Source of the DNA: a virus
Lineage: Duplodnaviria; Heunggongvirae; Uroviricota; Caudoviricetes
DNA: 64,000 bases
IMG/VR virus record: IMGVR_UViG_3300020594_000001
Coordinates: 45,600 to 109,599 of that record
Reading direction: 5' to 3' (one strand)
A model generated the notes under the pieces. That model had not been told where the DNA came from. It made no database searches and saw nothing but the letters and a program-made list of their open reading frames with translations. Shown one piece after another: positions 1-6,536 of the stretch. Both the position numbers and the translations under genes were made by a program. Numbering within the stretch: position 1 is the stretch's first letter; the number at the start of each line of letters is the position of its first letter.

Positions 1-116
1 GCGCAGGTTCAACGATTGCAGCGCGGTGCATGGTAAGAGTAGGGCTTTTGATTTGAAGCGCGGTAGCGCTCGATTTAGCGATTGCAGCGCTGAAATTGAA
101 GTTAAGCTTTTGCATG
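1..116 (-). CDS. hypothetical protein; only the N-terminal 38 codons are in the window
   Basis: ATG at 114..116 follows the conserved AGGTAAACATC leader. The N-terminus MQKLNFNFSAAIAK resembles the start of the 190..849 product, so the two may be paralogs. Confidence 0.4.
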
Positions 117-189
117 ATGTTTACCTTGTCGTTTTTGGTTTGTGTGTCGGGTTAGGTAGCGGGTTAGCTGCCCGCTACCTGATGCATGC

Positions 190-849
190 TTAGTTACCTG
201 CCCAGATATCGAACGTTGCATCGCTTGCGCTTTCGATCATGGCAATGAGCGCCCGTGTCGCGGGTGAATCGATAATTTCAGGGGTTTCGCCCTTGCGTGC
301 CATGGTTCCCGTGATACCCAGTGCGGGCAAGATACCGCCCTTGCTGTATGCCACGCTGATTTGCGTCGGGGCAGTTGCGGGGCTCATGTGTTCGCCCCCA
401 TTCAAAGCCCTAACCAGTGAAGTAGCGCGTTCAATAGCGGGCAAGTCATACCCGTTGCCCACAGCGGTTGAATGGGCTTTACGGGTAAGCCCTTGAAATA
501 TGCCCGCACGGTTTTTGGCATGGCACAGCGTGACTGCAAACGCCAGCAAAGCGCATTTAGCTGAGCCCTTAAGGTATGCAGCATCGCCCGACGTCATGAA
601 ACCGAGAAACTGCGACACGCGCAAAACCTTTTTAACGTTTGTGCTGGTTTCAATGTCTTTGGCAAGGGCGTCAAAATCGATGTTAAGGGCTTTTGCAGCG
701 TCGAATTGAGCGCCCGAGAAACCTTCGAGAACTTTGATACCGCGTTCGATATCTTGCTGCATGCCCTCAGCGTTGCGACGCACGTTATAAGCGGTGTTTG
801 CTTTGATCGCTGCGTTAATCAGGGTTTTTTGTGCTTTGATGTTTTGCAT
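190..849 (-). CDS. hypothetical protein, 219 aa (start trimmed to MQNIKAQ)
   Basis: ORF track 190..933. The internal ATG at 849 is directly preceded by the conserved leader AAAGGTAAACACC. Confidence 0.5.
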   Translation of the reverse strand: MQNIKAQKTLINAAIKANTAYNVRRNAEGMQQDIERGIKVLEGFSGAQFDAAKALNIDFDALAKDIETSTNVKKVLRVSQFLGFMTSGDAAYLKGSAKCALLAFAVTLCHAKNRAGIFQGLTRKAHSTAVGNGYDLPAIERATSLVRALNGGEHMSPATAPTQISVAYSKGGILPALGITGTMARKGETPEIIDSPATRALIAMIESASDATFDIWAGN

Positions 850-912
850 GGTGTTTACCTTTGTGTGTAGTGGTTTGTGTGCTGGCTTTGTTTTGAGCCA
901 GTAATGACATTT

Positions 913-947
913 TAATGCAAACGTTTTTTTCAATGCAAACGTTTTTT
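913..947. repeat. tandem direct repeat 2 x AATGCAAACGTTTTTTT upstream of the 849 gene start
   Basis: Two adjacent 17-18 nt copies are visible in the sequence. Each contains the self-complementary core AAACGTTT. Confidence 0.6.
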
Positions 948-1145
948 TAGTGTTTTAACGAAAAAACTTCAAATCTAGGGGTTTTCACTGATACCGGGGC
1001 GCTTTGCTTGCCCGGGCATGCTTGACCCTACGGGGCGCGGTCAGGACGCGCTTTCCCGCCCCGCTGAGCGGTCTAGGATGGGCTCGCCCCGGTGCGGCCC
1101 GGTCGGGCGTGGCGGGGTGCTGCGCCTAAACCGATGACCAGGGTT

Positions 1146-1207
1146 GTCGCCGAACATGCTGACCAGCGAAATGGCCGAATACGTGACCGTTTGGCGAGCC
1201 GAACACA
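1146..1207. repeat. cluster A of GCCGAACA(C/T)(G/A) repeats, 3 copies
   Basis: GCCGAACATG (1149), GCCGAATACG (1174) and GCCGAACACA (1198) match a second cluster at 3279..3377. Confidence 0.55.
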
Positions 1208-1587
1208 AAATGCATTTGGGATCAGGTCGGCGCTAGGCTCATCAACTCGTGGGATAAAAAATAGGCCCGTCAGCGCTTCAGAACTTCAAAGCGCTTCGGG
1301 GCCATAAGGAGGCTCACATCATGCCAATGTGATCGGACAGACATCTTCATTCGGGGGGCAGTTTCTCTTCATGCCCCAGGAAGTTGGAGTCTTCAGCACT
1401 TACCGCTTGCGCCCTTCGCGTTTTGGGTCAGTAGCGCGGGGCAAGCAGCGAATCGAAGAAACCGAAGTATGTGCGCCCGGGGCAGGATGCGCCCTTTCCC
1501 GCCCGTGGCTGCGTTTAAATGGGTCGGTCCATACCCTCATGACCCTGGAGGGTCTAAAACGCGTGGCGGGCGGGGAAAATGCAGGGC

Positions 1588-1707
1588 CTAGCGAAGTTGG
1601 CGAGCGATGCGTTTGTTGTAGGCACGCTCGCGCAGCAACCGCTGCGATCGGATCATCGTCACCTCAGCGTGCTCTTGCATAATTTCGAATCGTTCAATGG
1701 TCGTCAT
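1588..1707 (-). CDS. small hypothetical protein, 39 aa (MTTIERFEIMQEHAEV...)
   Basis: ATG at 1705..1707 is preceded by a GGAAG Shine-Dalgarno. It falls below the 60-aa ORF-track cutoff. Confidence 0.35.
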   Translation of the reverse strand: MTTIERFEIMQEHAEVTMIRSQRLLRERAYNKRIARQLR

Positions 1708-2233
1708 GGTGGGCTTCCTTTCACTTTGGAGTGAGTCATAAAAATTGAAGCTTGAGTGTCAGTTGTTACGGTAGGCACGCCAAACCCCTGTCAACCCCCG
1801 GGGTGGTGCTAGGTCGGTTTGCCTGAACCTGATCGACCGCAACCTCTTCGCTTTGCTGACCCTTGAAAGACCCTAAGACAAAAGACCCCTCGGGCGCGCG
1901 TGCGCGTTATATATATAAAGGAACTTATTTTTAAGAATTAGAAAGTTGTATATATAGAGGGGAAGCCAAAATCGTGCTAAGTCTGAATTTAGAACGCCTA
2001 CAACTTAGAAAATAATGCTGCGGCACAACGACTTACGTTAATTTTTACTAAGAAAGGAGGCGCGGCAAAGGAGCGCCGCTCTTAACCCTTTAAAAGCACT
2101 AAGGATGAAGCCTGCGGGAGTGAAACTGAGTGCGGCTTTTTCTTTTAAAGCACTAAGAGTTGCTTTTCTGGTCCTAAAGGCGGTCCTAAGCTCGCGGGAA
2201 AAGAAAAGCCCCTTTTCAGAGGCTTAGTTCTTT

Positions 2234-2470
2234 TTAATTGGTAAGGAGCTCGTCTGTCACCAACACCAAGTCCATCCAAGGACGCGTTGCGTCAGACTTG
2301 ACCATGAGTTGGTAGTCGAGTTGTTTACCGTCCTGGTAAAACTGGGTGAAATCGTGGTGGTCATCCGCTTCGATGGTGATGATGCGCCCATTGGGTAATT
2401 CCACTCGCAGGTTGTCGCCGGTCTGCATTTTGAGGGTGGTGGTGCCGTTGTTGTGTTCGAAGTAGCGCAT
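2234..2470 (-). CDS. hypothetical protein, 78 aa
   Basis: ATG at 2468..2470 with GGAGA Shine-Dalgarno; start trimmed from ORF 2234..2650. Confidence 0.45.
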   Translation of the reverse strand: MRYFEHNNGTTTLKMQTGDNLRVELPNGRIITIEADDHHDFTQFYQDGKQLDYQLMVKSDATRPWMDLVLVTDELLTN

Positions 2471-2481
2471 GATTGTTCTCC

Positions 2482-2583
2482 TTACCAGGGTTTGCCATGA
2501 ACCAGGGCGTGCAAAAGGATCGTCCCGCACGTCATGACTGCGATGCCGATAACGGTGAAGGCAATCAGTTTCAGGTTTTGCAT
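2482..2583 (-). CDS. small hydrophobic membrane peptide, 33 aa (MQNLKLIAFTVIGIAVMTCGTILLHALVHGKPW)
   Basis: ATG at 2581..2583. The product is a single predicted transmembrane helix. It lies between two minus-strand genes. Confidence 0.4.
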   Translation of the reverse strand: MQNLKLIAFTVIGIAVMTCGTILLHALVHGKPW

Positions 2584-2906
2584 GAGGCCACCCCTTGGTG
2601 AAAAGGCATCGGGGCGATAAACCCAATCTGGAACCCCACCCGCTCAGCATGCGTTAACGCAGCCCACTGCTGCGGACTCATCTGGAACGCTTCGCAAATT
2701 GCATCGACCAGATCAGCGTCACCCAACAACCGCCCGAACTCCAGGCAGATCAAATCACCCTCCACCAGCTTGCTGGGCCAGTAATCGTGCTTACGATCAA
2801 ATGCTAGGAGCTCTTCAACCGCTCGGTCATACGCGGGGTTGTTCAAGTCATAGTCTTTGGTGAAGGCGAGAACCCTCTGCGCGATCACCTTTCGTTGTGC
2901 TTGCAT
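2571..2906 (-). CDS. hypothetical protein, 111 aa
   Basis: Start at 2906 is preceded by the conserved leader ...CACACAAGGTAAACATCATG. Confidence 0.55.
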   Translation of the reverse strand: MQAQRKVIAQRVLAFTKDYDLNNPAYDRAVEELLAFDRKHDYWPSKLVEGDLICLEFGRLLGDADLVDAICEAFQMSPQQWAALTHAERVGFQIGFIAPMPFHQGVASCKT

Positions 2907-2966
2907 GATGTTTACCTTGTGTGCTGTCGTTATGAGGTGTCATCATGAGCGCCCAAAAGAGGCACT

Positions 2967-3097
2967 TTTCCCACTTTCGTTTCTTTACCCCCGGTTTTTC
3001 GGATACTTTTCTAAAAAATTTCCCACTTGAAGCGCCTAAATCCGATAGATATTGGGCGATCTTTCCCACTTTGCTAGGCGCGCAAAACCCACTTTTG
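2967..3097. repeat. four direct iteron-like repeats TTTCCCACTT(T/G)
   Basis: Copies at 2967, 3018, 3062 and 3086 lie inside a 1.1-kb non-coding region. Confidence 0.6.
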
Positions 3098-3278
3098 GGG
3101 CTAAAACGGGGTTTTCGGGGTGTAGGCGGGTCAAACCGAGGGGGGTTCGATTGCCTAAAGAGGGAGATAGGCCCGAGCACCAGGACAGGACGCCCAGCCC
3201 GTTAGGCAGTCTCTGGCGGTTGATACGCCTACACCTCTATACACGCGCAAAGGGGGCCTAATCGCTTACCAGGGATCT

Positions 3279-3377
3279 GGCCGAACACGTAGGCTGGGGG
3301 TGAGCCGAACATGAAAAAGGCTTATGGGCATTGGGGAAGGCGAGCCTTTCTATATACGGAAAGCTGGCCGAACACGA
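3279..3377. repeat. cluster B of GCCGAACA(C/T)G repeats, 3 copies
   Basis: GGCCGAACACG (3279), GAGCCGAACATG (3302) and GGCCGAACACG (3367). Confidence 0.55.
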
Positions 3378-4000
3378 AAGGAACTGGGCGCTAGGACGGC
3401 TTAGGCACGTTGACGTTTAAAGGCTTAGGAAGCGGAAAAATCTCTTATACGTCCGGTTATTGTTGTCATACGTCTGGTCCTATATCCGGTTATGTGGTTG
3501 CTTGTATATTCGGTTTATATGGTGTGTTTAAGCATCCTCTGTTTGTGTTGTTGATGAACCTCTCTATGGATTCCTTTCTCTATTCATTAACCGTCTCTTC
3601 TTTCTATCTGTTGTAGCTGTCGATATTGTTGTTGCTGGTCTTATCCGCACACTTTCTCTTTTCGTCATACGTTCTTTTTGGATTCGAGCTCGCCTGGTCA
3701 GTCTCTGTCTTCTCTTTCCCTCACGTCGAAATAGATTCGTTTTGCTTTGGTTGCTTTGCTTGAATCGCGCTTGCTTGCGCTTTTGGCGATCGACCTATGC
3801 CAGGGTATCGGTTTTGCTGAAAATCGCTTGTAGCGCGTTTAATCGGTTCTCTCGATACAATCGCGGGCGAAATTGCGGGGTTGCCTATGCTTGAAAAACC
3901 CCTTTAAAATCAATAGCTTACAATACGAGATTAACCCTTGCAAAAAAGACCCTTAAAATCAATGGGTTACGAGGGGTTTTCCTATAGGCTTTGCGGGCAT

Positions 4001-4030
4001 AAAAAAGACCCCACCTGTGAGGGGGTGGGG
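4001..4030 (-). terminator. rho-independent terminator for minus-strand transcription
   Basis: On the minus strand the hairpin CCCCACCC..GGGTGGGG is followed by TCTTTTTTAT. It closes the tmRNA-containing transcription unit. Confidence 0.6.
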
Positions 4031-4227
4031 CCGTGAAGAGTCTGTTTCCAGACTTAGGTAAACACCGATGCAAAGCGGTGTCTGGGTGAGGATAGCACAG
4101 CAGCTTTCGCTATAGGCTGATGGTTGCGCAAGGGCCTAGGGTTCCCTTCCGTTGTTCGGTCCCGCATAGTAGCCCGGGCGGGTTTGCAGCCCTTTGTCCC
4201 GGCGTTGCTTTCTGCTAAGAGGCAACC

Positions 4228-4314
4228 ATCATGTCTGCCAACGAGAAGGAATCGAACCTTCGCCTTCGACCTCGCGAGTCGTTGCTCTACCAAACGCGCA
4301 TCGTTGGCAGACAT
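4228..4314 (-). other. tRNA-like element, a degenerate cloverleaf with anticodon GCG (Arg-like), enclosed in a 16-bp inverted repeat
   Basis: On the minus strand: acceptor GCCAACG/CGTTGGC, D-arm GCGC-GTTTGGTA-GAGC, anticodon loop TCGCGAG, T-arm GAAGG-TTCGATT-CCTTC. Defects are C at position 33, one extra nt before the 3' acceptor strand, and no encoded CCA. The stem is extended by ATCATGTCT/AGACATGAT. Confidence 0.4.
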
Positions 4315-4595
4315 GATGATCCTGGTCTTTCTCTTCGCCAGGGCAGAAGCTGATGGTGTCGCACGCTCTACATCAGGGAGGGCCTACGCCATCACCCGGT
4401 ATCGGTCCAACCGCCAGCGGTCGGTGCGAAACTCCGTCAGGTTTTCACCTTCACCATCATGAAAAAGAGCGGTCCTCACCCTTGCACGTCTGGCGCACGT
4501 CCGGCCTTTCGTAATACTCGCCAGCAGGGTTGATACGGTTTTGAACGGGCCGCGCTCTTTCATGATGGCCCCGGGCATTCCCGGGGAACCTTTAC

Positions 4596-4925
4596 TTAGC
4601 AGTATTGTTCCTCTAATTCTTCAGCGAGTTTGGTTGCGCCTTCCAGCAGCGGTTCAAGCGAAACGTGATAATCAGCGATGACGTCGAAGCCGTCGTTGCC
4701 GTAAACGAGATAGACGGTAGCGCCGGGGTCTTTGTCATCTTGGTGGACGATCAAGGTGTCCTCGCAGGTGAGTCCGATGGCCGCCATAATGTCAGCGACA
4801 TTGCGTGAACGCTTGAGCGCGTATGCCTCGCCATCAAAGACCGATATGCTACGACCCGCAGCGATGACGTCTTGGGCGAGTTTTCGAACGATCTTGCGCT
4901 CGATTTGTTCGGTAGTCGGTGACAT
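4596..4925 (-). CDS. hypothetical protein, 109 aa
   Basis: ATG at 4923..4925; trimmed from ORF 4596..5111. Confidence 0.45.
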   Translation of the reverse strand: MSPTTEQIERKIVRKLAQDVIAAGRSISVFDGEAYALKRSRNVADIMAAIGLTCEDTLIVHQDDKDPGATVYLVYGNDGFDVIADYHVSLEPLLEGATKLAEELEEQYC

Positions 4926-4959
4926 GATTGTTTGCCCGTTGTTTGTTGATATGGCTCTA

Positions 4960-5220
4960 TCATGCGCCCGCAGATGAGGATGCGACATCGCGCAACAGCG
5001 CCTTGAATTGCTCTTCAGACAGAGGCTCTCCCGACAGCTCGCCCGGCTCAATGGTTGAATCCATGTAAGACCATCCGTTCCACCAGTCAGCGACATACCA
5101 TTTCGTTCCATCGCCGGGAACCGACCTGTCTAGCTTCACGAGCTCGCCATGCACGTTGCGGAAGATCATGCCCTCTTCGAGCTCGTATCGGCGCTCATAC
5201 CAGTCAATTTCCTTGCTCAT
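4960..5220 (-). CDS. hypothetical protein, 86 aa
   Basis: A strong AGGGGGAA Shine-Dalgarno lies immediately 3' of the tmRNA coding piece. Confidence 0.5.
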   Translation of the reverse strand: MSKEIDWYERRYELEEGMIFRNVHGELVKLDRSVPGDGTKWYVADWWNGWSYMDSTIEPGELSGEPLSEEQFKALLRDVASSSAGA

Positions 5221-5221
5221 G

Positions 5222-5662
5222 TGCTTCCCCCTACGTTGCGCTTCAATGATGGCCCCCGGCTTCTGTTGCCACCTGCCGGGGAAGGCCGTTACCGCTTAAG
5301 CAGCGGCACGGATGTAGTCGTCGTTGGCGTCTACAAGTTTTGCTTGGTTTATACGGCTCCGCTTGCCGAGTAGTTCGATTCGCTTCAGTATGTCTGTCGA
5401 AACCATGTCAGCCCCATCAGGAATTCCCTCGCCACTTTCGTCGGAGCAACCCGACTACTTGCTTCACTCACCAGTCCGTCGTTATGCGCACTTACGATAG
5501 GACTCGTGGGCCGTCTTGCCCCTCTATGGGCAGTCACGGAGGGAATTCCTGGTGGAGCTGGCGGGAGTCGAACCCGCGTCCAGACACCATTCACTGCACG
5601 TCTCGCGCCCCCCTCCGGCTAGAGGAAGTCGCACACTACCATCATCGAAGCGGGCCGGGCTT
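5222..5662 (-). ncRNA. ssrA: circularly permuted two-piece tmRNA gene: acceptor piece about 5550..5662, intervening hairpin 5416..5547, coding piece about 5222..5415
   Basis: The minus strand reads ...GGACGCGGGTTCGACTCCCGCCAGCTCCACCA (T-arm, acceptor 3' strand, CCA), ending at 5550. The tRNA-like 5' end GGGGCTGACATGGTTTCGACAG starts at 5415, after the CCA. A tag frame GCC AAC GAC GAC TAC ATC CGT GCC GCT GCT TAA (ANDDYIRAAA) lies at 5296..5328. A 14-bp complement links the coding-piece 3' end to the acceptor-piece 5' end. Confidence 0.7.
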
Positions 5663-5966
5663 GATACCGGCTTGTGCGTTATTTTGTTTTCGGGGTGGCC
5701 TGCCCCTCAAGCTAAAGGCTCGTATGCCTACGACACCACTGCACACAGTCTCGCGTTTCCTTCAACGCCGCCGCTTCGATGATGGTCCTGGTGCTTGACG
5801 TTTTCACAAGAGGCGCACCAGGAATACCCCTTGCTATGCTTCGGTTACATGACGGTCTCCGGTTCGTTCATTGTTCACCTTAAAGTTGTGTTGTCAGTAT
5901 AGGTATTGTGCGCTTTAGGTCTCGGAACGAACGCTCTTTACAACCACGGTGATCTGATTCTTCACG

Positions 5967-6200
5967 TCAATACCCCTGTTCAAGTGCCCATGCCTCAATG
6001 GCGTCGATGGTTTGTTGATCGACCTTGTGCCATTCACCCCGGACGTTTTCCAGCCCGCCCTCTCCCATCAGCAGCTCCAGGCTCCCGGTGTATTCACCAT
6101 GAACACCCTTCTTGCTGATAAAGCAGGATGGCCCGAACTCTTCGTTGCCCGCCTCGAATTCGACGGTAAAACCGTCAATCACAGTTTTTGCGTCCTTCAT
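5967..6200 (-). CDS. hypothetical protein, 77 aa
   Basis: ATG at 6198..6200 with a GGGGGAAAG Shine-Dalgarno. Confidence 0.5.
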   Translation of the reverse strand: MKDAKTVIDGFTVEFEAGNEEFGPSCFISKKGVHGEYTGSLELLMGEGGLENVRGEWHKVDQQTIDAIEAWALEQGY

Positions 6201-6436
6201 TCACTTTCCCCCAGTGGCCCAACTAAGTCGGTGAACGGATCAACAAGATCGTCGAATCGTTCAGCAAAGTGAGGCTCATCGAAAAGCCCGCAGTAGAACG
6301 CGGTTTCGATCGCCTCGCGCAGCGCTCGCAGCGCCTGCTTTTGGGCTGGGTCAAGATCGCATTCAAATCCGCCACCATTGGGTTGCGACGATACGCTGAC
6401 ATACGTATCGTTTTCTTGGTCATATTGAAGCTGCAT
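6197..6436 (-). CDS. hypothetical acidic protein, 79 aa
   Basis: Start trimmed to MQLQYDQ, ATG at 6434..6436, preceded by the leader GGCACTATGCACATAACTACATCAAAACAGGTAAATACG. Confidence 0.5.
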   Translation of the reverse strand: MQLQYDQENDTYVSVSSQPNGGGFECDLDPAQKQALRALREAIETAFYCGLFDEPHFAERFDDLVDPFTDLVGPLGESE

Positions 6437-6508
6437 CGTATTTACCTGTTTTGATGTAGTTATGTGCATAGTGCCCGCGACAGTCAGGCGCGTTTTGTGC
6501 TAAAACAA

Positions 6509-6528
6509 TACTGTATATTTAAACAGTA
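6509..6528 (+). promoter_or_regulatory. LexA (SOS) box, beta/gamma-proteobacterial type
   Basis: TACTGTATATTTAAACAGTA fits CTGT-N8-ACAG with palindromic flanks. It lies 11 bp upstream of the ATG at 6537. Confidence 0.6.
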
Positions 6529-6536
6529 TCAAGGCC

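Noticed and set aside
1092-1682. Plus-strand ORFs 1092..1307 and 1329..1682 in the GC-rich block
   Set aside because: The sequence is highly repetitive and structured. It is Arg/Gly/Ala-rich, as expected for out-of-frame GC-rich DNA, and has no convincing RBS. I treat the region as non-coding or ncRNA-like.
2945-3616. Plus-strand ORFs 2945..3205, 3052..3261 and 3410..3616
   Set aside because: They run through the iteron and pyrimidine-rich repeats of the candidate origin region. Their compositions (FSHFRFFTPGF, CCHTSGPISGYVV) are those of translated repeats.
4226-4570. Inverted-repeat-flanked structured RNAs as retron msr/msd
   Set aside because: No reverse transcriptase (YADD-type) ORF exists anywhere in the window, and no conserved retron a1/a2-G architecture is visible. 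A tRNA-like or processing element is a better fit.
4596-5111. Full 171-aa ORF 4596..5111 as one gene
   Set aside because: The N-terminal 60 codons overlap the 4960..5220 gene in another frame and have no RBS. The ATG at 4923..4925 (MSPTTEQIERK...) is the more likely start.
5545-5620. A tmRNA 3' end alone, read as a truncated ssrA fragment marking an attachment site of an ssrA-integrating element
   Set aside because: The matching tRNA-like 5' half is present 135 nt further along the same strand, at 5415 downward, together with a tag frame. The locus is therefore a complete permuted gene. It is not an att remnant. Phage-type genes with the same leader motif continue on both sides.
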